Source: Candidatus Bathyarchaeota archaeon (lineage in GTDB: Archaea > Thermoproteota > Bathyarchaeia > Bathyarchaeales > Bathycorpusculaceae). From it: 64,000 nucleotides of DNA. Position 1 is the stretch's first letter. Every line of letters starts with the position of its first letter. Shown here one piece after another: positions 38,957-50,658 of the stretch. The stretch spans positions 1,760,001 to 1,824,000 of the forward strand of contig CAVZJV010000014.1 of assembly GCA_963775685.1 (NCBI GenBank), read 5' to 3'. Position numbers and translations under genes: made by a program. The notes beneath the pieces are model-generated. The model did no database searches, was not told where the DNA came from, and saw nothing but the letters and a program-made list of their open reading frames with translations.

Positions 38957-41627
38957 CTACGGGACGATTTGATAGTTCTCTTTTCCGTTTTTGTTCAGTT
39001 TTGGAATGGTTATGGTGAATTTGGCTCCTTTACCTGGTTCACCTTCTTCAATTATGATCCAGTCATAGACATCTATCATCTTCTTGGTAAGGAATAGCCC
39101 AAAGCCTGTGCTACCGCCTGTGCTAAAGCCTTCTTTGAAGAGACGCTGTTTATTCTCTAAAGGTACGCCTACACCGTCATCCTCATAAACTAACTTTAGG
39201 TTATCTTCACCATCCTTTATGAAATGCACTCTTAAAGCGGTGGTTTTTTGCCCGTATTTTCTTGTATTATCGATGAAATTGTAGAATAGCTGTCTTAGAA
39301 ATGAATCCGCCAAAACTGTCAAGCCATGACATTCATTAATTATTTTTGGGAGTGAACCGGAGAAGAGGGCGGTTGCTTCGTTTAGTTTGGCTTCAACGTC
39401 GATGTAAGTTAGGTCTTCAAGTCCCAGTTGCTCGTACATTTTGGCGAAGTCAAAAATTTTCACCGATTCTGCTACCGCCTGCTCCATTTTGCTAAGCCCC
39501 TCAATAATGTCCGCCTGATCTGAATGTTTTTTCTTGATCAAATATGCATAACCAGTAATCGTCGAGAGTTTGTTTCGAACATCATGCCTAGTCAACCCGC
39601 CTACCATACGCAATTTCTCATTCATCAGCTCATTTTTGTCGGCTACTTTCCTTTAATTTCTCCTCATTCTTTTTGCGTTCAGTAATGTCTGCAACTAGTG
39701 CAAGTGTTCCAATGTGGTTGCCAGTGTCATCCTGGATTGATGAAGCTGCAATATTTGTATACATAGGGATGCCGTCTTTTTGAATAAACTCAAACTCGCA
39801 TTGCCCTTGGTTGCCAAGTTGGCATTCATCCAAATGGTGCTTTGCAAGATCTGAGTCGGGGTTCCCCAAAAAAGTAACTAACTTCTTTCCAATCATTTCA
39901 TTTTCACTGTATCCCAACATCTTCGCCATACGAGGATTAACAAAAACAGTGCGACCGTCGTTATCTATTGCCCAAACACCTTCTTGTGCAAGCTCAACCA
40001 ACTGGCGATACTTTGCCTCGCTATCCATCAAAGCGTCATCTACTTTCTTAGCTTCCGTTATGTCTCGATAAATGCTGTGGAGAAATGTTTTCCCTGATAA
40101 TTCTATTCCTTGCACAGTAACTACGACATCTCTGATCTCACCGTTCTTTGTGCGGTGTTTAGTTTCAAATTGGTCTCTGCCTTCTAGCAATACCTTTTCT
40201 ATCATAGCTTTCGTTTCATCTGAAGTCTCATTTGCTATAAAATCGAAGATACGAAGTTTTGCGAACTCTTCTCTGCTGTAGCCTAGTTGTTCATGGGCTG
40301 CTTCATTGAACTCAACAATCGTTGCATTTTCAGCATCAACAACTAGTATTCCAAATGGTGCTCGATCAAACAGTGCGTGATAACGTTTTTCAGCTTCGCG
40401 AATCCTTGTTTCCAAATGTTTTCTTTCGGTAATATCTCGAGCAACATGAATTATGACAATTTTTCCGTCAGGGCTTTTGACAAAACGCGCTGAGACTTCC
40501 ACGATTTGCTCATTATTGTTTTTATCAAAGTGGTTGTGTTCAACCGTAATGTTTTCTTTGGTTTCAAGTACTCTCCGAATTGGGCAGTCGTGTTCTGGAG
40601 GTTTGCAGGGTGTTGATAAGTGATGGGTTGTTTGATAGCAGGTTTTTCCTATTAATTCTTCTTTTCTGAGCTTTATTTGTTTCAATGCCACTTCATTAGC
40701 ACTAATTATCTTATAGTCGTCGGGGTCGATTACTAAAAGGGCATCGTCAAGTGAATCAATTATTCGTTCATCGAATTCTTTCAAATTTGCCAGCTTCACT
40801 TCAGCTTCTTTGCGGTCAGTGATGTCGATACATGTTCCAACCCATTCACGTATTTCTCCATCTTCTTCAAATATCGGGGCGCCGCGAGCCATGAAATTTC
40901 GATAAACGCCGTCACATCTGCGCAGGCGATACTCAACTTCATACTTAGTTTTCGCTGCTACAGCTGCTTGCCATGCCTGCGTGGCATGTTCCAAGTCGTC
41001 AGGGTGAACAGCTTTTGTCCAGCTCCAGCCCTTCACTTCGTCATAAGTCTGACCAGTAAAATTTCTAAAAGACGGTATGTCTTCCAATACTTCGCCATCG
41101 ACATTCGTGGTCCAGCCCAACTCACCCGTTACTTCGATAAAGGATTGATATCGCTTCAAACTTGCATTAACCGCTTGCTCAGCTTTCTTTTGTTCAGTAA
41201 TGTCTTTTGCGGTATGTACACACTGAAAAAGATCTCCTTTTTCGTCAAGAATTGGTGAAGTGGTAATCAGCAAAGGCAGTCCAATGTTGCGATCGTTAAT
41301 TTCTGCTGTGACGGTTTGTTTTGTTTTTAAAGTCTTTCCTGCTGGGCAATTCGGCCAAGGTTCATTGGTTCCATGCACAACGTCATAACAATGTTTGCCA
41401 ATCAACTCTTCTGGTTTTTTCTTTAAGGCATCACAAGTGCTCTTGTTAACTCTAGTAATGATTCTGTTTTTGTCCATGACAAATAGTAAATCTCCAATGC
41501 CATCCAAAATCTTATTGACTTCATTGGACTCCCTGGTTTTTTCTTTCGCTATGTTATTGCATTCGGTTACTTCTACAACTATGCCATTCTGGTTGATGGT
41601 TTGTATTGGCCATGCCCCACAAAGCAA
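38957..41627 (-). CDS. Cytoplasmic multi-PAS sensor histidine kinase; +1 indel at ~39635
   Basis: Five PAS/PAC repeats (DITE motifs), H-box RHDVRNKL, DDGVG and GFGL ATPase boxes. Confidence 0.88.
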
Positions 41628-42026
41628 ACAGTTAATGAGTCAGTTATAAGTCAGTTATGAATTTAAAATACTAAACACAAATATACTCTAAATAGAATTA
41701 GATAAACCAGTGACTTTCCAAGATTTTATTCTCAAATATGAAAATTTGATGTGTAATTTAAATCATTTTTGTAAGAACTCACAATTGAGGCTTGCTCAGT
41801 ATTCTGGGTTCATGACTGCTTTATTATACAATCAATTAAGTAATTTGCTGAGCTTTGTACTGATTTTGTAAACACCCAATCAGGAACACATTACTTTTCA
41901 TTTGACATATTTAGCTTCCAAAGATAGAACTGATGATGTTCATGCTTTAAGGGTTGTTGCTTAAACTTGCATCCTGGAAATCTTTAAAGTTATTATGCGA
42001 GGTTTTTTTGAGGGAGAGAAACTACA

Positions 42027-43102
42027 ATGGATCCGTTAGAACAGACAATCTTTGAAATAGGCTTGATAGCCTCAGCTTTCACATTATCTTTCCTAAGTTT
42101 TAGACTACGAAAAAAGTTTCCAAAAGGAAGTCTTTTCAAGTCACCTTTTACCGTGTTTGGAATTGCTGGTTTATTACTAGGTTTGACTTACTCAGTTGAC
42201 ATAACTTTAGACACGCTTCAATTGCAGGCAGGTACTTTGCCTTTCCTTCTGAATTTCGTTTTCATAGTTACCTTGACTTTTGGAGTTTTTAGACTTTATA
42301 GTCGAGCCCGCGTTGGAGAATTATGAATTGAATAAGACCAAAAAAAGAACTCTCAGACGCTCAGGCGAAACTTATCAAATCGGAAAGGTTGACTGCGATT
42401 GATGAACTTGCGGGCCAGATTGGACATGGTTTACGTAATCCTTTGGCAGGCATCAAAAACGGCATGTACCTTCTTAAAAATAAAAACGAGCGGCTTACGG
42501 AAGAAAAAAGGAATGAGATTTTGGGGGTTATCGAAAACGCAGTAGAGGATTCAAACAGAATCATTACGAGTCTTGTCGATTATTCAAGTGAGCTGATTTT
42601 AGAACCAGAGCAGTGCACTCCTAAGTCGCTTGTGCTGCATGCGTTGTCTAACATTCAGGTTCCAGATCATTTAAACATAATAAATAACGCGACAGACGAC
42701 GTCAAGATGTTTCTTGATGTGCAAAATATGGAAAAAGTTTTCGCAAGCATAATAAAAAACGCTATAGACGCCTCACCAGAAAAAGGAAATATAAAAATAC
42801 AAAGCATGCTAAAGAGGCAGAATATAGAAATATCTTTCACCGACTCCGGAATAGGCATACCTGAAAGCATTTTACCCAGGCTCTTCGCGCCTCTTGTAAC
42901 TACTAAGGCGAAAGGAATGGGCATGAGTTTGGCAATTTGCAAGCGGATTGTAGAGTCACATGACGGAAAAATTAGTGTAGAAAGTACAGTTGGGAAAGGA
43001 ACAACATTCACTATTAACCTCCCAATCAAACTCTCGAAAAGTGAATTCACGCAAATCCAGATGTTTACTGGAATTGAAATGAGGCAGGCGCCGTTCGTTT
43101 AG
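42027..43102 (+). pseudogene. Membrane-bound histidine kinase: 3-TM input (42027..42326) separated from the kinase core (42389..43102) by two indels
   Basis: Linker KELSDAQAKLIKSERL lies upstream of the kinase ORF without a start; H-box HGLRNPL, DSGIG, TTKAKGMGMSL. Confidence 0.65.
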
Positions 43103-43366
43103 TCACTGGTATAAGCTGTAACGGCTGTCAATCCGGCTCAGTCTTGCGTCAAACAAACTTTGGCAAAATCACTTTCGTGCGGTCATATCCAAGTTTGCCT
43201 TTCAAGCTTGTGGTTTGAACCAGTTACGGTTCAGATCCCGCCCAACTTACTCCTTGGAAAGCAATCGTGCCCTTAGTTTTGGAAGCATTGAATAATAAAA
43301 AGCGATATTCTGGAATTATTTGTCTGAATAATCAATAATAAAGTCTTATTTCGCAAAAGGACCTAA

Positions 43367-43677
43367 GCGTGGGATGTGGGATTTGAACTCATATGAAGAC
43401 CCGAAGCCTGAAAAGTTCAGGCAAGAAAAACCACCATCTTAAACTTGCAAACTTATTTTCAACAATGAAAAAATTGGTTGATCTTCTTTGGTTTAGTCCG
43501 TGAACTGAAAACTCTGGCCGCATTATTTTTACCGGTAAATTCACACTTGGGTTCTATCCACAACACCAACACATCCCTAATATCCTTAAATTGGAGTCTA
43601 CTCACAAAATAAAGCTCATAATAAGCCTGAATGTTTGGTGCGGAGGGTGGGACATCAACCTTATTTTACCGGTAAAA
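43367..43677 (+). repeat. Copy A of the tRNA-end module: degenerate tRNA 3' fragment, ATTTTTACCGGTAAATTCA, 19-bp tRNA-Leu 3' end, TTTTACCGGTAAAA
   Basis: 43525-43543 is identical to 50531-50549; 43634-43652 is identical to 50640-50658; same 109-bp offset. Confidence 0.85.
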
Positions 43678-43844
43678 AACATCTAAATGCAATAGTAAAT
43701 GTTCCTAATAATTATCTGGGTATTTTCGGGCATAATTAGGAATTATGTTGGTCGCCATTGTGTTGATAGTTTTTTACTTAAGAAATACAAGCGAGTTAGT
43801 ATACTTCATAACAAGTCTTAAGTAGCTGAAAGTTGTTCGCTAAT

Positions 43845-43988
43845 TTACTTTTGTTTAGATGTATCTCGTCTACTTGCATTAGCACCCTTAGGGCTAAGAA
43901 TGAAACAGCCGAAACATTCTTTACAGTAACCTGTTTTGTTATGGTAGGAAATTTTTCGTTCGCATTTGCCTTTGCAGTATTTTGGCAC
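43845..43988 (-). CDS. 47-aa Zn-finger-like protein (MPKYCKGKCERKISYHNKTGYCKECFGCF...), absent from the ORF track
   Basis: GTG start preceded by GGAGGT; CxxxC-x12-CxxC; start shares a base with the upstream TAG. Confidence 0.65.
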   Translation of the reverse strand: MPKYCKGKCERKISYHNKTGYCKECFGCFILSPKGANASRRDTSKQK

Positions 43989-44242
43989 TATAAACCTCCA
44001 GATTTCAGTTTAGGTATGTACTGTATAATTACGCTTAGGCGTCGTTTGCAGTTGCTCTTGGTGAGTTCTAAGTTTATTCTTGTGTCTTCATTTCCAGCTG
44101 TGCCATGCCCAACTCGCTTCACACGCCAGTTACCCAAGTTGCCTCGGACAAGCTGAGGATTCGAAGTAACAAGATAGAATGGCAGGTTGATTTGGGAAGT
44201 ATAGAGCTCAGCAACGAAGTTGAGTAGCCGTTTGCCTAGGAT
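43988..44242 (-). pseudogene. 5'-truncated remnant resembling the C-terminal half of a GNAT-fold protein
   Basis: Start-less 84-codon frame LGKRLLNFVAELYTSQINLPFYLVTSNPQL...W; family assignment from memory only. Confidence 0.5.
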
Positions 44243-44334
44243 TCAAGAGTTCGAGAATACGAGATAGATTTTGACGATTCCCTCATTGAAGCATTTTCTT
44301 TGAAGGGAAAAAATGAGGTCACTAACTCATCAAT

Positions 44335-45316
44335 CTAGTGACGATTGTGGGTTAGTGTGCACTGATGTTGGTTGATAGCTAATGCCAATAGTTGCGAAAG
44401 AGCTGCCGGTGCCTGAGCCATAGTTTGGGCATTGATGTCCTCCAGTTGGTACTACGATCATTGTGTATAAACTGGAATGTCCTGCGGCTGTTAGGGCTGT
44501 TTGGTACTCGATTGTTTGAGAGAGTGGTACAACGAAGTCAGCGCCACCTACCAGACTAATGATTGGAACTTTGATGTTAGTGTTGTCGACTGGGGATAGG
44601 TTTGCGTATACCTTTGGGTTAGTGTCTGGCGTTCCGTGAGATTCTTGTTCGATATCCGCTGTGGCTATAGTACAGAAGTCCTTGAATCCTTGAACGACTG
44701 AGTCAGGAACTGTTGTAGGCCAACCTAGCAACGTTCTAATTTGGCTGAGGCTGCTGGCGGCTGTCACTGCACCTGCCTTGTATATTAGCGCTAAATCTTT
44801 GGGACCACAAATGTCTAAGACTCCGCTGAAGAGATGTGGGTACTTGTCTGCTAGGAGCAATGCAATTTCGCCGCCCATAGACCCTCCGAAAATGAAGATG
44901 TGACCTTTGACGTGGTAGTGCGCGACAACGAATTCAGTTAGCTGATGAGTTGCAGTCATGCCTTCTTTTACACAGTATCCTTGGGCTCCGTAGTCTGATG
45001 CTGCATAAGCGTATCCTTGGGCGATGAATGGTTCGGCAAGAGCATCAAATTGGAATTGAAGATTAGATTCACGAGTAAATGAGTATGCGTGACATCCAAT
45101 TATTAGCATACCATTCCAGTTATCGGGTAGTCGTATTACATAGTTTGCATTATTTAGGGTTCCAGTTATCTGAGTATAGTCTACGCCATAGGCAGTGCCG
45201 CGAGTAGTTGTTGTGGTTGATTTGCATGCCATTGCCGGGTTAATAGAAATAAGTGTAATAGTGACGATAAGCAAAATTGGAACGATCATTTTTGCAAGTT
45301 TGTTCGTTTCTTTCAC
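44335..45316 (-). CDS. Secreted alpha/beta hydrolase; small indel just after the catalytic His (~44433)
   Basis: Signal peptide, PDNWNGMLIIGCH, GGSMGG nucleophile elbow, GGADFVVP, TGGH. Confidence 0.82.
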
Positions 45317-45499
45317 CTCCGTTTCTGATATCCTTTAAGTTCAAAAAAATAGATAACTTTTTTTTATATGGAATATGGCTTGAAAAATCTTGCAAATGGC
45401 ATCCAAGGTTTGATTCAAGGTTTTTTTTAAGTTTAGAATTATATTAGCAAGTAAAAAGCTAAAATAAACTAAAAGTTAGGCTTGATGGTTAATAAGGGG

Positions 45500-48400
45500 T
45501 TAAAGAAGCGTTATTGATTTTTTCTTGCTTCGGATTTGGTTATCAACGTGCTTCTTTATTGTGTCTTTTTCATAGCTTAACCTGAGGCGCATAATTTTTC
45601 CTCCTCGACCTCTTTCTCCTGTGAAGAACCTTACCTCGACCAGCCCTCGGCGTTCCAGTTCAACTATCGCTCGACCTCTATGGTTCTTAAAACCGTAGAG
45701 ACTTGATTGAGGTATCTTCTGGTTGGTACCGATTTCAACGAGTGATCTCCATCCCGCTTTCTCTGCTGCTAATCTGCGTTGCATATAATCTTTGATGAAC
45801 TCCTTAGTTAGGTAGTTGAACACTTTTTCCGCAACTTCGGAGGTAAATTGAAAGTACCCTTCTCTTGGTTCTTGATTAATGATTTTAGCAGTAGATTCCT
45901 CTTTTAAATTATAAAGATTAGATTCTTTAGGTTCCCCTTCTTTGTTGGAGGTCTGAACAGTAATGGTGATTGGCGTTTCGCACATTTTGGTGTTCCCTTG
46001 TTCGTCTTTGTACTTAACAATAGAAGTGATTGTATATTGTCCGGTTTTTTTGGCCTGCATCGCAAAGTCGACTGTGATTACGCTGAATGGTTGAAGCTCA
46101 GTTTCTTGCAGCAATAATGATGTTGCTTTATTTACTTTTGAGGTATGTGATTGTTTGAGCACTTCAATCTCTGAAGGCACAATACTACACATTTCTACTG
46201 AAAAAGCGCCCCTTGAGACATTGATTATGTCCAACCTGCCGAGGAATGTTTCACCCGTAATGACTTTTATGGGTGTTATAAAATATGCCTTGACATTTGG
46301 CTTGGCAAACTTTTGGTCCCATTCTGAATTTGTTTGTTTTATTTTTTCTCTAATTGTGTTTGCGCTACTTTTATCGCCGCTTTTTTCTAGCACCCATGCG
46401 TAATCGGATAGTAGGAGATTGAGCAATTGTGGATTCGAGAATTTCCTGTGAAATATGGTGATGTATTTTTCAAGTTGTTCTGAGGCTGGTTTGAATTTGC
46501 CTAGTCCAGCAAGCAAAACGGCTTGAGATAGGGCGTAGTAGAATATCAATATTGTCTCGCGGTTGGTTTCTGTTGGTGTGAATATTGTTTTTAGTTTGGC
46601 GTCATATTCCAATGCTGTGGCTGTTTTTCCCAGTTTTACGAATTGTTTTACCATATTCGAGTATACCATTGCGAGGAATACGGGTGAGTTGGCTTTGTTG
46701 GAGTATTCGATGGCTGTGAAGTTTTTTTCTGTCGCGCCTTTTAAATCACCTGTTGCGCTGAGTAGCAGGGATAAAAAGCAATTTGCCTTTGCCAGCATTA
46801 TATGATTGCCCATCCTTGTTTCTTGCTCGATTGTGGTGACTTTTTCGAGCATTTTTTGTGCTTCAGGGTAGAGTCCGCAATAGATGAATACTTTTCCAGC
46901 CTGATTGTAGGCTTCCATAATTGAGCGTAAATCGCCTAATCCATTGTATATTGCGAGTGAGCGCAAACAGTAGGCTATTGCTTTTTCCATCTCGCCTTGT
47001 CCTGAGGCGAAATCGGCGACTACGAACAATAGCCATGCTGTGTCGGAAAGGGCGTATTCTTCTTCAAAGATTCTTAGGGATTCTTCGCATAGTTTTATCG
47101 CTTCTGGGATTTGGCCATATAAGTTTGTCTCCACGACTCCTTTGTAGTGAAGGATTCGGGCTTTTTCAATTTGGTTTAGGTTTTCTTCGTTTTCTTCCTT
47201 CTTTATCAGGTTATCAATTTCGTGAGTGTCGCCTTGGAAAAAGGCGGCGCGCATGGCTTTGATTAAGGCTTGCTGGCGAATAGGTCGGTTGCTGATTTCA
47301 GCTAAGGTCTTGTATGTTTTTATTGCATCTTTGAAAGCATTATTTGCGTAGAAGGCCTCACCCAGTCCTTCTAAGACTTTCGTTCTTGTTTCTAAGTTCT
47401 CTGGCGTATCGTTGATTGTTTGGAGGGCCCAGGTAAAAAGCTGTATGGCTTCAGTGTTGCTGTATCTTGCTAAGGCATCTTTGCCTGCCAGGATGCTAAA
47501 TTCTATTGCTTTTGGGTTATTTCCGGCTTGAGTGTAATGGAAGGCTATGTTGATTTACGGAGAAACCCGAATCTTGTTTGTTTTCCATTTGTTGCCCGAT
47601 TCTTTGGTGATAGGCTATTTTAAGTGGCTTGGAGATTTCTTGGTAGAGAACTTCCCTTGACATAGCATGATCAAAAGTGAAGACGTTATCTTCTACTCGC
47701 AATAGAAACGTGGTATGGAACATTTTATTTAGGGTTTCAAGAACGATCAAGCTGTCAATTGAGAGGACAGAGGCAATTAGGTTGCCGTCAAATTTGTCGC
47801 CTATGACTGCAGCTACGTCAAGGATTCTTCTTTCTTCAGGTTTTAAGGGTTCTAGTCTTCGGAGGATTATTTCTCTAACTCTGTAAGGAATTCCAATCTT
47901 GTTTTTTAGCTGCCAGATTTTTCGTTTTCTGACGAGACCGCCGTTTTCTGATAGCATGCGAATGTACTCTACAACAAATAGGGGATTGCCCTGGCTTTCG
48001 TCTGATATTTCCTGTATTAAGGATGGATCAAGGGAGCCTCTGAGCATGCTTTTGGCAATCTTTCCTATGCTTGTTCTATTTAGATTCGCTAGTTTGATTT
48101 CTTTGAACAACGCTTCTCGACCCATTAGATGCAACGTACTGGCAAGTGGTCGGGAGCCTTCTCCGCTAGTTAATTCTTCGTTTCTGAATGTTCCTACTAT
48201 CATTATTCGCTCTGAGCCCAAGGCTCGGGACATATAGTGAAAAAGGGCTAAGGATGCGGTGTCTGCCCAATGTAGGTCTTCTAGGTATCAAAACCAACGG
48301 TTTTGATGCGGACAGGAAAAGTAGTTCTCTTGTGACTGTTAGGAAAGTTCGGTCTTTCCAAAGGAGCGTTGGTTCATAGGTTGGTTCGTCGTTTTGTTCT

Positions 48401-48750
48401 GGGGAACGTTCGGTTAGGTAAGAGGCCATTTTTGATACGGTATAAGAAAGGTTTCCGTTAGCTGCGTTTTCTTGATCGGGGGATAGGTAGGAGTTGAAAG
48501 CTTCTACGAATGGGAAATAGGGAACATTGCTGCTGCTTAGGCACCAGCCTAAAAGAATGCTGACATTTTTATCCTGGGCTATGTTGAGGAATTCATTGAC
48601 CAATCTTGTTTTGCCTCTTCCAGCCACGCCTGAAACCAGGACAGTCGATCCTTTTCCTTCAAGCATGGAATCTAAGTGCTTTTGTAAATCATCCAATTCG
48701 GTTTTTCTGCCAACAAAGATTGGCTCACCCAACACGAGGGGTTTTTGCAT
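45500..48750 (-). CDS. STAND-class (AAA_16-type) ATPase with TPR repeats, a beta-sandwich domain and a C-terminal winged helix; split by indels at ~48284 and ~47555
   Basis: FVGRKTEL, GVAGRGKT, corrected Walker B LILEDLHWAD, GNPLF, FDH; three ORFs join into ~1080 aa. Confidence 0.85.
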
Positions 48751-48889
48751 TGGTTCCCGCTCTAAGGGATTTCTTATCTCGTTGATCCTTAATTGTTTTT
48801 TTGGTTTGTGACAATGGACTGCCATAAGTTAGTATTAGGAAAATCTTAAAAACAATCTTGATTCATACTTCTTGAATTGTGAAGTAGTT

Positions 48890-50122
48890 TTGCAAAAACC
48901 TATTGCGAAGGATTCTGGAAAGCTCTTTGTTCCTGCGCTTATTATTTCGTTTTTTGCAGTAACCCTTTCTGTTCCCATGCTTTCGTTATTGACTGTTGAT
49001 ATATCTCAGACCTTTTTTGGAAATACTGGGGCCATTGCAGTAGGTCAGGTTGCTCAGGTGAGCACTATCAATAGGTTGTTTGAAGTGTTATTCGCGTTAG
49101 CTATGGGTGCCCTTACTATTCGTTTTAAAAGTAAACCCCTCTTGCTTATGGGCGTAATATTTCTGTTCGTATCTGCAATCGGTAGTTTTTTTGCGCCCGA
49201 CATTTTTTGGCTACAGTTTTTCTATGCAATAGAGGGAGGGGGAAGTGTCATTGTTGCAATAATGGCGTTTACATTGATTGGAGACTGGTTATCCTCAAAG
49301 GAAAAACCAAAAGCTGTTAGCTACCTCAATGCGACGGGTTTTGCAGCAATCCTGATTGCGTCTCCGGCAATAAGTGTGATTACTAACATCGGTGGATGGA
49401 GACTAAATTACGTCTGGTTGGTCTTGCCACTTTCCTTAGCTGGCTTAGCGCTCGCATACATAGGGATTCCTTCGAGGCAAGTTGCTTTAGTAGGACCAAA
49501 ACCTAAGCAGTCTTATTATGAAGGTTACAAAGAGGTCCTTAGGAATAAATCAGCGGGCTCTTGTTTAATTGCGGGTTTGTGCGGTACCGCAGGTAATCTT
49601 TCAGTTTTTAGTATAGCATATTATAGGCAACAATTCTTAAGTAATAGCTCTGTTATAGATCAGGTTAATTTTAGTACCGTTATTCTAATGGTTGCAGCGT
49701 CATTATTCATTGTTGCAACGATAGTTATGGGGCGTCTCCTGAGCAAAATACGCGCTGTTACCGCAACGGTGATTGGTATTGTTGGAAATGGGGTATTTAC
49801 GGCGTTGTTCTTCTCAATGCAGGATTTATCCTTAGCAATTATAATGCATATGCTCCAGATTTGGTTTTTTGCCATGGCGGTGACCCCTTGGAGCCTTTTA
49901 GCGCTCGATCAAGTTCCAGCTTTTAGAGGGACCATGATGTCGCTAAGATCTATTGTTCTAAGTATAGGTTCGGCTATTGCTACTGGTGTAGGCGGTTTAG
50001 CACTTATTTTTCTAAACTCATATGAAATCCTCGGGATTATCTTAGGCGTAATAATTCTTCTGGGTAGTCCACTCATTTACTTTTTCACTAAGGACCCAAC
50101 TAAATCAATAACCAATAGATAG
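48890..50122 (+). CDS. MFS transporter
   Basis: 12 hydrophobic segments; GALTIRFKSK motif-A-like loop; PAFRGTMMS. Confidence 0.88.
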   Translation: MQKPIAKDSGKLFVPALIISFFAVTLSVPMLSLLTVDISQTFFGNTGAIAVGQVAQVSTINRLFEVLFALAMGALTIRFKSKPLLLMGVIFLFVSAIGSFFAPDIFWLQFFYAIEGGGSVIVAIMAFTLIGDWLSSKEKPKAVSYLNATGFAAILIASPAISVITNIGGWRLNYVWLVLPLSLAGLALAYIGIPSRQVALVGPKPKQSYYEGYKEVLRNKSAGSCLIAGLCGTAGNLSVFSIAYYRQQFLSNSSVIDQVNFSTVILMVAASLFIVATIVMGRLLSKIRAVTATVIGIVGNGVFTALFFSMQDLSLAIIMHMLQIWFFAMAVTPWSLLALDQVPAFRGTMMSLRSIVLSIGSAIATGVGGLALIFLNSYEILGIILGVIILLGSPLIYFFTKDPTKSITNR

Positions 50123-50383
50123 CGGTAAATTACTCCAGTAATTATTACTAATATTAGCCTAAAATTGACAAAAAAAGTCAAATGGAAATTGAAGTGCTGG
50201 ACAACCTTGAACTCCTCGGTTCATTTCGCTAAGAACACTGACCTCACATGTTGCTCTAAGTCTATTGCACAATTAATTCACTTGGAATTTAAACACTAGA
50301 CCTTAGGCGGTAAGCCTTAATTTCATATAGTAAATTGAGCTTAATTATTAAAAATAGGTTAAGAAATAGGCTGAATTTGGAAA

Positions 50384-50658
50384 TGGCGCGGGATGTGGGA
50401 CTTGAACCCACGCGAGAACTGAGATGAAGGAGTATGAAGAGATTTCTTGGTTCATCCAAATTGCTTTTTACGATAAAAAAAATGCACTTTATATCAGATT
50501 TCTTCATGGACGAAAGAGCGTGGACAAGTGATTTTTACCGGTAAATTCATTTGAGATTTTTTTCCCAGCAAACGCCTATGCATAAATCGCCACAATTTAG
50601 GTTTATTTTATGGAATTAGTCTCTAAAAGAGTCTGAATTTTTGGTGCGGAGGGTGGGA
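50384..50658 (+). repeat. Copy B of the tRNA-end module, ending in the real tRNA-Leu 3' end
   Basis: TGGCGCGGGATGTGGGACTTGAACCCACG (reverse complement of a T-arm/acceptor/CCA) at 50384; palindrome at 50531. Confidence 0.85.

Larger units (their letters stand above)
43367..50658. mobile_element. Integrase-less genomic islet at the 3' end of tRNA-Leu(GAG), bounded by att-like direct repeats
   Basis: Direct repeat of the tRNA 3' end 7006 bp apart; contains mobile-element-like gene relics; no recombinase in the window. Confidence 0.65.

Noticed and set aside
43100-43250. tRNA-like bits on the + strand (GGTTCAGATCCCGCCC)
   Set aside because: Only a T-loop-like word; no acceptor or anticodon stem can be folded.
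50384-50412. Second tRNA gene or split-tRNA half
   Set aside because: Only the T-arm, acceptor 3' strand and CCA are present, with no anticodon-side sequence or bulge-helix-bulge leader; treated as an att-like remnant.
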